30,471 bases of DNA from positions 1-30,471 of the IMG/VR virus record IMGVR_UViG_3300025018_000415. One strand, written 5' to 3'. Within the stretch, counting starts at the first letter, position 1, and every line of letters begins with the position of its first letter. Of this stretch, positions 8,495 through 17,176 are shown one piece after another. Position numbers and translations under genes: made by a program. The notes under the pieces were generated by a model. That model saw only the letters and a list, made by a program, of their open reading frames with translations. It searched no databases and had not been told where the DNA came from. This stretch comes from a virus. Its lineage: Duplodnaviria; Caudoviricetes.

Positions 8495-9082
8495 ATGGGT
8501 AGGCGAGGAACAACACACAATATGAGTAGGACTCCCGCCTATAACTCGTGGAAAGCCATGCGTAGCAGGGTAAAGAATGTGCCTTCCTACCAGCATGTTC
8601 CCATATGCGAGGAGTGGGGCACCTTTGAAGGATTCCTCAAAGATATGGGAGGTCGCCCTCCGGGAACATCTCTTGATAGGATCGATAACTCAAAAGGGTA
8701 CTGCAAAGAAAATTGTAGGTGGGCATCGGCGATCGATCAGGTGCGAAACAGGTCGGTCACGAGGTGGGTCGAAGGAATTACCCTCACAGAATCAGCTAGG
8801 GAATCGGGGGTATCCGCTACCACAGCTTTCGCAAGGGTAGACAGGCTCGGGTGGAGCCTTGACGATGCTATACGCACTCCCGTCAGGAGATGCCTACGCC
8901 GGAAAGCCCGATTGGTACTTGGCAAGACTATCACTGAGTGGTCTAGGGAAACCGGAATTAGTCTATCCACTATTTCTGCTAGACTAAAGGCTGGGTGGAG
9001 TAGTGAGGATGCAATTTCCCTCCCTGCTGGGTGCTCTGAGGCATACCACAGGAAGGCAGACACAGGGTGGGATTTCACATGA
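8495..9082 (+). CDS. Free-standing HNH-family (homing-endonuclease-like) protein 2 (195 aa)
   Basis: THNMSRTPAYNSWKAM; core ICEEWGTFEGFLKDMGGRP ... SLDRIDNSKGYCKENCRWAS; two tandem HTH-like modules (TLTESARESGVS ... GWSLDDAI and TITEWSRETGIS ... GWSSEDAI); no N-terminal Cys domain. Confidence 0.85.
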   Translation: MGRRGTTHNMSRTPAYNSWKAMRSRVKNVPSYQHVPICEEWGTFEGFLKDMGGRPPGTSLDRIDNSKGYCKENCRWASAIDQVRNRSVTRWVEGITLTESARESGVSATTAFARVDRLGWSLDDAIRTPVRRCLRRKARLVLGKTITEWSRETGISLSTISARLKAGWSSEDAISLPAGCSEAYHRKADTGWDFT

Positions 9083-9684
9083 CTACACAAAATACCACTT
9101 ACTTACGGTTACGGTATATCGAGTTAAATAGTAAGTCATGGTTTAGGGATTGGTCCTACAATTTGCAACAGATTGACTCTATCGGGCGGATGCTTCGTGT
9201 TCCGGTCGGCGCGGGTAAGTCCTCGGCAATAAGGTCTTATCTCGCTGATGGGACACTTGCAGAAGTCATACGGTTTGTGCCTGAGAATGACATTGTTAAC
9301 ATTCGCATCGGGCGAGTCGGGAAAGGCGATAGAATTTACTTCGACGCTGACCTACTCTTCCAGAATGTTTCTTTGACTAATCAGGTATCGGCATACAGCA
9401 GTTACCGCATGTCCCTTGGCGCTACGTGGGTCGATGAAGATGGGGGAGTCGGAGATCCGATCTCCAATACCCAGCTACTCATCAACCCGCGTAACAACAT
9501 CCGTTCTGTGATGGAAATTCCGCCCGCCTACACTACGGGAATCACCGACGTGTCATGGCTGGGGAGTGGGCCACAGTTGGAGACTGACGCCAGTGGCATT
9601 GGGTCAGGTATGCACTTTCTCAAATTTTCAGTGCAGACAGGCACGGCTACGAGGAACTTTCTCGTCCCCGCTTATCTGCTATGA
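9079..9684 (+). CDS. Hypothetical virion protein (201 aa)
   Basis: ATGA overlap with the HNH2 stop makes ATG 9079 a better start than GTG 9067; N-terminal W...W..N...ID pattern seen in phage fibre/attachment proteins; beta-rich remainder. Confidence 0.65.
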   Translation: MTTQNTTYLRLRYIELNSKSWFRDWSYNLQQIDSIGRMLRVPVGAGKSSAIRSYLADGTLAEVIRFVPENDIVNIRIGRVGKGDRIYFDADLLFQNVSLTNQVSAYSSYRMSLGATWVDEDGGVGDPISNTQLLINPRNNIRSVMEIPPAYTTGITDVSWLGSGPQLETDASGIGSGMHFLKFSVQTGTATRNFLVPAYLL

Positions 9685-9692
9685 GGTGACAG

Positions 9693-9983
9693 ATGAAGAA
9701 CGCAATGGACAAGTTCCTTGAGACTGGCAGCGCCGAAGAGGGCGGTGAGGAGGGAATGGATTTGGACTCGGTGGGGTCCATGTTCGACGAGGGGGCCGCT
9801 GACCCTCTGATGGACGCCCTATCCTCGGCTGGGTTTGAAGTTGACGAGGAGAAGGCACAGAGGATTCGTGCTATCCTCGAAGAGACGCCCGAGGACATGG
9901 AAGGCGAGGAGCACGAATCGGCTGAGAGCCCAGGAATGGAGAAGGCCGAGCATGCGGGGGTCTCGCCCCAGGGAATGATGTAA
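9693..9983 (+). CDS. Small, highly acidic hypothetical protein (96 aa)
   Basis: SD GAGGTG at 9683-9688; E/D/M/G-rich with motif EEHESAESPGMEKAEH; followed by a terminator. Confidence 0.75.
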   Translation: MKNAMDKFLETGSAEEGGEEGMDLDSVGSMFDEGAADPLMDALSSAGFEVDEEKAQRIRAILEETPEDMEGEEHESAESPGMEKAEHAGVSPQGMM

Positions 9984-10015
9984 CCCGAATTGCCGAAACT
10001 GACTGAAGTCGGAAC

Positions 10016-10052
10016 ATCGCTTCCCGGTCATCCGTGGGAGCGATTTTCTTTT
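10016..10052 (+). terminator. Rho-independent terminator
   Basis: ATCGCTTCC-CGG-TCAT-CCG-T-GGGAGCGAT stem (9 plus 3 bp with one bulge) running into TTTTCTTTT; directly followed by SD GGAGG. Confidence 0.82.
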
Positions 10053-10061
10053 GGAGGTAAC

Positions 10062-11753
10062 ATGGCTACCAGAGTTCGAGACATGATCCAGTCAATCCGG
10101 GATATCTGCCTGGAGTACGATTCGGGACCGTTCGATGACGACTACATCGTTAGGAAAATACAATTTGCCGTCAACTATATTTACAATCACTACTTGAAGT
10201 CCAATCAAGGGTTGTTCTACAGGTACCACTACATCGACATCAAGACGCGAGTATTCGAGTACGACATACCCAAGCAGGTAGTGGGGAAACGCATCGAGCG
10301 TCTCGAAGTCCCGACGCCCCCACAATACGGCGGCATGCCGTTTGCGTGGTCGGAGATTGAGAAGAAGGATCGCCGGACGGCGTCCAAGTTCGACTCGCCC
10401 CGGACCCCTACCCTCATCCCCTCGGCATGGTCCCAGTGGGACAACAAGATTTTCATCGCTCCTCCACCCTTGGTGCCTTACAAGGCGCGTCTGGCGGTGG
10501 CCCTCAAGCTACCTCCCGTGAAACGCGACGAAGGCATCATCACGAGCTTCTCAGGGGCAACCTTGAGGCTGGATGACGCCCCCTCTCCGAACATGCACAA
10601 TGCACTCTCGGTGGAGGGCCAAAACTTCCTTTCGGTGTGCTGTGGGCAGACAGGCAGGATCAAGAAGGTCTACCCATTTGAGCAAATCAACGGGCTTGAG
10701 GTCACTCTGACCAGCAGCGACCGGCAGACCCTCAATGGATTCCCTGTGACAAGTGTTTTGAGTGTCAACGTTTACTCTGTAACGTTTGACCCACTCCTGG
10801 GGCTCGTGACCCTCAACACCCTGGACGATGTCCCGAGTGACGTTCAGCCGAATTCCTTTCTTGAGTTAACATATGGATTAACTCCTGGGAGAGGGTACAA
10901 CATTGATGAGTCACTGACAGATGACTCCGACTTCTACAATCCCCCAGAGTTTGTCGCTCCTTCCAACCCTTTCAGTAGGGTGGTGACGGTTACCTCTGTC
11001 ACTGCGAGTAGCATTACCTTTTCTGACCCAGGTTTTGCGGCTGTAATGGAAGGTGGCTACCTAAAGCCAGCTTCGGTCACAGCAGGAAACGTCATTGCCG
11101 GGGCTTTGTCAGCCTTTAGCGGTAATCCCGTCATAGAAATCGAGTTCGATGTGGCTCACGGATTCGCGGATGGGCAGGTATACCGTATTGTCGTTAATGG
11201 TACGGGTATTGCAGAACTGGATGGGATTGACAACAAGTGTTATCGGGTAACTGATACCAAAGTAGCCGTCCTCGCTGCAACGTTCACGGGTGCATTTGTG
11301 GCTGGTACGTGGCTTCTTCATCAGTATCTCGTCACGCCTGATACCGGCCTCCCGCCCGTTACCGAAGTGACGGTCACCAACCCCTCAGCCGTAATCGCTA
11401 CGGCGTACTTGAACAGTCCCTACAGTGACATCCTGCGTCCTGACCCCAACCCAAATGACCCTGAGTCCTACGACCCAATCTACAACGTTGAGATAGATGA
11501 CGTTGTGTCTGTAGGATACAGTATGGGATGCAACCCCCTTAACGAGTTGTATGACGAAGTAGTGTCACTTTATGCTGCTCTCCCAATGAGATCGTCCATG
11601 AATGAGACCGACAGCGTAGCGGCGGCACTTCTTAAGGAATTGCTGACGGAACTTAAGGGAGATAATGCCGGACGTGTCACTGGAGAGATTATTTCTCGTG
11701 ACTTCTCTCGTCGCACCTATTTCACCCGTGCAAGCTTTAGGAGCAGACGCTAA
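10062..11753 (+). CDS. Head-tail adaptor (tail tubular protein A-like) with a large beta-rich insertion (563 aa)
   Basis: N-terminal helical pair (RDMIQSIRDICLE ... FDDDYIVRKIQFAVNYIY), FEYDIP, KIFIAPPP, and C-terminal helices (ELYDEVVSLYAA ... LLKELLTELK) typical of podovirus adaptors. Start moved from TTG 9990 to ATG 10062 (SD GGAGG 10053-10057, terminator upstream). Confidence 0.72.
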   Translation: MATRVRDMIQSIRDICLEYDSGPFDDDYIVRKIQFAVNYIYNHYLKSNQGLFYRYHYIDIKTRVFEYDIPKQVVGKRIERLEVPTPPQYGGMPFAWSEIEKKDRRTASKFDSPRTPTLIPSAWSQWDNKIFIAPPPLVPYKARLAVALKLPPVKRDEGIITSFSGATLRLDDAPSPNMHNALSVEGQNFLSVCCGQTGRIKKVYPFEQINGLEVTLTSSDRQTLNGFPVTSVLSVNVYSVTFDPLLGLVTLNTLDDVPSDVQPNSFLELTYGLTPGRGYNIDESLTDDSDFYNPPEFVAPSNPFSRVVTVTSVTASSITFSDPGFAAVMEGGYLKPASVTAGNVIAGALSAFSGNPVIEIEFDVAHGFADGQVYRIVVNGTGIAELDGIDNKCYRVTDTKVAVLAATFTGAFVAGTWLLHQYLVTPDTGLPPVTEVTVTNPSAVIATAYLNSPYSDILRPDPNPNDPESYDPIYNVEIDDVVSVGYSMGCNPLNELYDEVVSLYAALPMRSSMNETDSVAAALLKELLTELKGDNAGRVTGEIISRDFSRRTYFTRASFRSRR

Positions 11754-14700
11754 TGTGGGCAGGAACTCAATCTGAAATCTCAGAAGTGGCGTTCTCTAAG
11801 GGGATTGATGGGGTGTCAAACATTCCCGATATCCCTGAAGGGTATGCAATTGATATGGTGAATACCGACCTCTCAAAGCCAGGGAGGGGGCGCAAAAGGC
11901 CAGGATATAACCTATGGGGCTGTCAACTGCCAGTAAGAACGAGAAACCTGACGGTGTCCGCTACTGAGCGTGCTATCACGCTGGACGCAATTCCTCTCCT
12001 TACCATATTCCTTGACTTGTACTCCAACACTGGTGCGAATTTTACGGATTACGGAAAGGCAGAAGTCCTCCAAACAGACGACAGTGAGAGTACCATATAT
12101 GCGGTGGTCGATACGGCTCTCCGCACACACGATTTCACGATTACGACTGACACGGTATTCGAGTTTACTGACTATCTCGGCAACAAGAGGCTCGTTTGCC
12201 CGGTAGCAGTTTACGATGATAACACCTTCCTGTTCCCAATATCCGTACTGGCGTGGCTTGCAAATCCACTCCCTATCCTGAGTGACGCAGTCCCTTACGC
12301 GGTGACGGCACGTATCTGTAGCGGGTTCTCCTTCAATGCAATCCGGGAAACCGATGTGGATAGGGTGGAGGTGTCATCTACTGCCCCTGGGACAATCATC
12401 CTCGGCATCTCGGACACGACCATCCTGGCCAAGTTGCCGCTCGGGACGCAAGTCTATTTTGAGACCATCTTTTACGGTCCCGAGACATCTAACCCAGGAG
12501 GAAAGAGGGGCCTTACCGGCCATGTATCCTTGGTGGGCAATGAGGAGATTACAATAGTCGTGGACGATGCGACTATCCTCATCGTCGGCGAATATGACTT
12601 GACTTACTTCGTAATGCGCTACTCTTCTGGCAAAGGATACTGGTATAAATCTGAGGATAAGTCCTTTGTGAACGAGGGGCCCCTGTACTCCGGAGCCATC
12701 CAATACACCCGGATTGTTGGCTCCTGCCAGATTGAGATGGAGGTAGTTCAAGACCTAGACAGCGTCCCCATCGTTGCAAGTTACAACGAAGTCGGGTTTC
12801 TCTATGGCGTAGAAGTCGATGTAGGGTACCTAAACTTCATCAGTAAATATTTCGACGTGGAGTTGGAAGAGGAAAGAATAGTCACTGGGTATGACGGCAA
12901 TATCTTCAAAGAAAACGACTATCCGTTTGCATCTTTGCAAATTATCTCATCTCTGAGGTACACAGGGGTGAGTACAACGGTAGCCGTCCACCCTACTGAC
13001 GGGACTTTCGAGATTTCTTTACCCAATGCTCAGAAGGTTTACAGAGCGGGTGACGAAGTATCCGTATCCTACTCGGTGAATACCGCTAACGAGTTGGTGA
13101 CTGAAGTTTATGTGGTAGAAAGTACCGACACCGACAAACTGTTCCTAACCAGCAATGGGGACAGTGTGTTGGTACTGAGGAAAGGAACCAAGTTCGTCTT
13201 GACGAGAACTTCGTCCTCCTTGTACGTCGAAGCTACCACCTCCACCGTCCCCTTGTGTGCTGGTATGACTGTCCAGTTGACTGGGCTTAACAGCCAGAAG
13301 CGTTGGTACACCATTAAAGAGGTGTTTGTAGACACAACTTCGCTCGATGTCGGCGACAAGTATATTGTGCTAGATGACGAAGTGGAATGGAGTTCTGACG
13401 GCGTAATATCTATGATGCCGTACTTTATCCCTGTTTTTCAGCCCTCTTCGTATTTACCACTTAACCCTGCGTATCTAAATCGTAGTCAGATTCAGATGTC
13501 TGCTGTACCTGTTGACCGTAGTGTCTACATCGCTACGGGCCTCAACGGTATCTGGAGATTCAACGGTGTAGAAGTCGTCTCAATGCGTATCCCCATGCCC
13601 CCTCCTGGCCTACTCAGAAACGTCCCGGGAGGTGGTGGATTCCTGCGAGTGGGCCAGTCCTCAGACGGCACGGAGAGTTTGGGGCGTGACTACCAATTCC
13701 AGGTGACGTATAGCTACTCTGAGTTGGTTAACGGCATCTTCAAGGAGTATGAATCTGGCCTGAACCCCGTAGGCTCAATGATGGTGACTAGTGAGCCTGC
13801 CGACAATGAGCGTGGCGGGAGTAAGCTCGTGGAGGTCCAGATCCCCACCATCCCAGAGGGAATCGGGCTTCCTGCCAGAAGCATGAGGATCAACGTTTAC
13901 CGGAAACTCGACGGTGACGCGGTCGGAGATATCATCGACCAACCTTTCTTGCGGGAGTTGCAAGTTGACAACGACCCCGATGTGCCTTTCATCTCGGCGC
14001 TCGTGGGATTCGAGGCCCCTCTGACGTTCAATGCAGAGGAGCGGAAAACGCTGTACACTAGCCTTGTCAGCCCGGAGAACACCGAAGCAGGAAGGCCGAT
14101 TGATGATCCGCCGTTAGCCTCTGTGCTTGTAACACACGAGAACCGGCTTTTTGCCATGAACGGATATCAGCAGCCTTACGTCAAGTTCGTGTGTTCTTCG
14201 GTGTTTGACGAGGCTGATAACTCCTTTTCGGCACACGCGCAATTGTCGCTTGTGCCAGTTTTTTCAAGTGACGTGACCTACAGATTCATTACCTGCCCCG
14301 CCCAACTGGCTACGGTGTCCTCATCAGGGGGCGCTGGGGCGCTGGGTAGAAAGTTTCAGTTACTCAGGCTTCCCTACTACGAAATTGATAGCGTGGCACT
14401 GACCGACAACAGCCACACCTTCAAGATTGTGGGTCACACTATTGTGGCGGGAACTAAATATCTGTTGCGTTTCGCGAGAGGGCAAAAGGAGGCCAAGGCC
14501 CCTACAAAAGACAACCCGTACTATGATGGATTCGACTTTGAAAGACAAGTTTACCTCGGTACGTCAGTAGCAAATACAGTTGAGGCAAAGAAAAAGTGGA
14601 CTGCCAAGGACGAGCTAGGTGCAGTCGTCACCCCTGCCGAGACCTTCTACGTATTTGAGTTCCTGCAAGAACTTACTTCAGTCTCCCCGGAGAACGGCCT

Positions 14701-17167
14701 ACAAATTGCGTCGAATGATGAAGACGGCTCTTTGACTACTCCAGTATTCACCCTGTTCCTGACAGAAGCCGCTTACTCTTTGGCCAAGGGCGACTACATT
14801 ATCCTTTACAACCTGGGTACACTAGGCAACGTTAAGGATGCATCAGGAAAAATCCAGTCTTTCGATAATGACCTCATCTTCAAGGTGGAGCAAATCGATC
14901 TCGTCTCAGGGGTGGCTGAGTATCGGCTGGATCCCTACCGAAGGCAGAGGACTCCCGCCGGGACGGCTGGGGCCTGGGAGGAGTTCCCCGTCACAGCGGC
15001 CTACCCAGTTTCCAATGCCACGGGGACCGAGGCTGTCGTCCATGGTAACGCTACCATTTTCAAGCTTGTCACTGCCACGGAGAGAGCCCTCAGCACCTTT
15101 ACCCTATCTCCCACCACATTTGCCATGACGTTTGCAGCAGGAGGAGTCGGGTCGCCACCAGCGTTGCCTGCTACTGCGGGCACGGCATACCAGATCCAGG
15201 GGCTCCCTGCGGCGCTCCCCGAGCCAATCGGCGTCAACTACAACGGGAGACATGAGCTTATCTCGCTGGTGGGCCTGACAGCCACCTTCCGCCTCCCGTC
15301 TTTGCCGGAGGATGCGAGAGGAAGCCTGTCTGTTGATATGTCCACCTATGCCGCCCCAGGACAGGCCAACGCAGCGTCAAGCCAGATTATTGCGGGGGCC
15401 GGATATCTTGAGATCTATGTCCAGTCAGTGGTATTGACTGTAAATGTAAGGGCAGGCCAGTACGCCTACATCATTTGTAGGGGGCCAAACCCTGACAACT
15501 ACAGCTTGGGACTCACCGGCTGGTTCGAGATTTTGGAGGTCTTCAATGGGGTCGTGTGGTCTGGGAATCTTGCTATTGGAGCCACAATCACAAGGATTAG
15601 GATCGCTTACAGCGGAGATGATCTGGACTACGATTTGCTTACCGGGTTGTCCGCATCAAGAATTCTGCTTGCAGATGCAAGCTCTGACACGGAAATCATC
15701 GTACCTGTGCCCGTACCTTACCAGCGAGGCATACCGGACGATGATATCACAGGAACCGCCTATGGACCTGTTGACGGATACACATCCCTTGAAAAGGTCA
15801 TCAGGCGCTATTGTCACGCGATCAACTCAACTATTGGGGGAATCGGTTTCGCATATTGGGGCGGTAGTGCGTATGGCCGGATTGACGGAGAAATACCTGT
15901 CAACGGATTCATATTCTATCCGCACTTGTACCCCATCAATCGCTACGCCCACACCTTCGACACCGTTGATTTGTCCACACTGGACTCCGAGAGTCGCTGG
16001 GAGCTACGAGCAGTGGAGGAATACTGGACTGTCGATGGATCGGACTCCTATGTGTCCGGAGGAGTATCTGACCCTAAAACGGTGGTTACAGGGAAGGAAT
16101 ACTACCCAGCAAAATACTGGTACACCGACGCCCCAACCCTCTCCTCTCGCAACTTCACGCGAGCCTTCCGAGTCCTGAGCAACGATGAAATCGCATCGGA
16201 AGATGGCGAGGAGATCGTGACGGGAGTGTCTTACCAAACGTACTTGTTGATGCTTAAACGTAACTCAATCTGGCGTCTCAGGTTTGCTGGCGGCATCTCT
16301 CCCGCAGTAGAAAGGACTCAAAGTGTAGTCGGGTGTGACAGTAAGAAAAACGCTGTAGCCACAGACAGAGGCGTCTTCTTCCTACACTCGTCCGGCCTCT
16401 ACATGTCGGATGGAGGGGAGACCCGGCCTATCGTCCAGGCCAAAAGGCACTTTGAAGAGTTGTGCTTGCAGAACAAGAACCTCTTCTCCCTGACTGCAGG
16501 CCACCACAACCCCCTTACGAAGACAGTGTACATAGGCGTGCCTTTCGGCTCCTCAGTAGGAGGTACTACTGGTACGGTGGAGGGGCAGTTTGTGTTCAAC
16601 TACTCCTTGCAGGAGGTGACTGTCTACACCATTCAACAGGGGTGGTCGAGAAATACGAACATTCCAGCAACAGATTGGATTCGTATCGTTGACGGTGATT
16701 ACTTCGCCAGCAGTAAGGGAAAGGTGTACAGAATACGCCCGGAAAGCGAATCGTCCCGATATCGGGATGAGAACACAGCTATCGCTGGCTCTTTGGTGAC
16801 TAGATATGTGGGAGGTACGCCAGAGATTCAGCCTATGTTCTTCAAAAATGCTTTCTTCCAGTTCGGTACAGAGACGTCGAGTAACATGGAAGTGCGCGTC
16901 GGGTGGAGCTATTCTCAAGACTCCAGGCTCCTGAACACCGTTCGGATCGACGCCGATGGGTTTGGAAAAGCGAGGTTCGGGACGTCGTTTTTTGGGGACA
17001 CTGCTTGGGCTACTAACGTAAGAACTACGATGCGGCCAACTCGCACCGAGAGGGTGTCGTTCACTATTGAAAACTCTGAGATAGACGTGGCCGGTGAGGT
17101 TTACGGCATATTCCTTGAGTTCGATAGAGCATCTACCCGAACCATTCCCCAATCCTCAAAGCTGTAA
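11753..17167 (+). CDS. Tail nozzle / stabilisation protein (tail tubular protein B-like), greatly enlarged (1804 aa)
   Basis: N-terminal FSKGID ... MVNTD ... GRGRKRPGY; central YQFQVTY ... ESG ... INVYRK; HENRLFA; C-terminal beta-propeller-like GEEIVTG ... LLMLKRNSIWRL ... VGC ... GVFFLHSSGLY..DG; TAATG coupling to the adaptor gene. Confidence 0.8.
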   Translation: MWAGTQSEISEVAFSKGIDGVSNIPDIPEGYAIDMVNTDLSKPGRGRKRPGYNLWGCQLPVRTRNLTVSATERAITLDAIPLLTIFLDLYSNTGANFTDYGKAEVLQTDDSESTIYAVVDTALRTHDFTITTDTVFEFTDYLGNKRLVCPVAVYDDNTFLFPISVLAWLANPLPILSDAVPYAVTARICSGFSFNAIRETDVDRVEVSSTAPGTIILGISDTTILAKLPLGTQVYFETIFYGPETSNPGGKRGLTGHVSLVGNEEITIVVDDATILIVGEYDLTYFVMRYSSGKGYWYKSEDKSFVNEGPLYSGAIQYTRIVGSCQIEMEVVQDLDSVPIVASYNEVGFLYGVEVDVGYLNFISKYFDVELEEERIVTGYDGNIFKENDYPFASLQIISSLRYTGVSTTVAVHPTDGTFEISLPNAQKVYRAGDEVSVSYSVNTANELVTEVYVVESTDTDKLFLTSNGDSVLVLRKGTKFVLTRTSSSLYVEATTSTVPLCAGMTVQLTGLNSQKRWYTIKEVFVDTTSLDVGDKYIVLDDEVEWSSDGVISMMPYFIPVFQPSSYLPLNPAYLNRSQIQMSAVPVDRSVYIATGLNGIWRFNGVEVVSMRIPMPPPGLLRNVPGGGGFLRVGQSSDGTESLGRDYQFQVTYSYSELVNGIFKEYESGLNPVGSMMVTSEPADNERGGSKLVEVQIPTIPEGIGLPARSMRINVYRKLDGDAVGDIIDQPFLRELQVDNDPDVPFISALVGFEAPLTFNAEERKTLYTSLVSPENTEAGRPIDDPPLASVLVTHENRLFAMNGYQQPYVKFVCSSVFDEADNSFSAHAQLSLVPVFSSDVTYRFITCPAQLATVSSSGGAGALGRKFQLLRLPYYEIDSVALTDNSHTFKIVGHTIVAGTKYLLRFARGQKEAKAPTKDNPYYDGFDFERQVYLGTSVANTVEAKKKWTAKDELGAVVTPAETFYVFEFLQELTSVSPENGLQIASNDEDGSLTTPVFTLFLTEAAYSLAKGDYIILYNLGTLGNVKDASGKIQSFDNDLIFKVEQIDLVSGVAEYRLDPYRRQRTPAGTAGAWEEFPVTAAYPVSNATGTEAVVHGNATIFKLVTATERALSTFTLSPTTFAMTFAAGGVGSPPALPATAGTAYQIQGLPAALPEPIGVNYNGRHELISLVGLTATFRLPSLPEDARGSLSVDMSTYAAPGQANAASSQIIAGAGYLEIYVQSVVLTVNVRAGQYAYIICRGPNPDNYSLGLTGWFEILEVFNGVVWSGNLAIGATITRIRIAYSGDDLDYDLLTGLSASRILLADASSDTEIIVPVPVPYQRGIPDDDITGTAYGPVDGYTSLEKVIRRYCHAINSTIGGIGFAYWGGSAYGRIDGEIPVNGFIFYPHLYPINRYAHTFDTVDLSTLDSESRWELRAVEEYWTVDGSDSYVSGGVSDPKTVVTGKEYYPAKYWYTDAPTLSSRNFTRAFRVLSNDEIASEDGEEIVTGVSYQTYLLMLKRNSIWRLRFAGGISPAVERTQSVVGCDSKKNAVATDRGVFFLHSSGLYMSDGGETRPIVQAKRHFEELCLQNKNLFSLTAGHHNPLTKTVYIGVPFGSSVGGTTGTVEGQFVFNYSLQEVTVYTIQQGWSRNTNIPATDWIRIVDGDYFASSKGKVYRIRPESESSRYRDENTAIAGSLVTRYVGGTPEIQPMFFKNAFFQFGTETSSNMEVRVGWSYSQDSRLLNTVRIDADGFGKARFGTSFFGDTAWATNVRTTMRPTRTERVSFTIENSEIDVAGEVYGIFLEFDRASTRTIPQSSKL

Positions 17168-17176
17168 GGAGTAGCC

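Noticed and set aside
8465-8498. RBS-sequestering hairpin and internal promoter for HNH2 like those of HNH1
   Set aside because: Only short interrupted pairing (TCAACCC with GGGTGA, CCAT with ATGG) and no convincing -35/-10 pair; too weak to call without folding calculations.
7522-8520. 332-aa minus-strand ORF opposite the 7612-8490 gene
   Set aside because: Same antisense shadow effect; the + strand gene has a clear SD and fits the operon.
6839-9082. HNH genes as group I intron- or intein-encoded
   Set aside because: The flanking genes appear complete with their own starts and stops, the non-coding flanks are too short (under 80 bp) for an intron core, and no intein splice motifs were seen.
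9990-10061. N-terminal extension of the adaptor from TTG 9990
   Set aside because: It spans a terminator; ATG 10062 has a GGAGG SD and starts the adaptor-like sequence.
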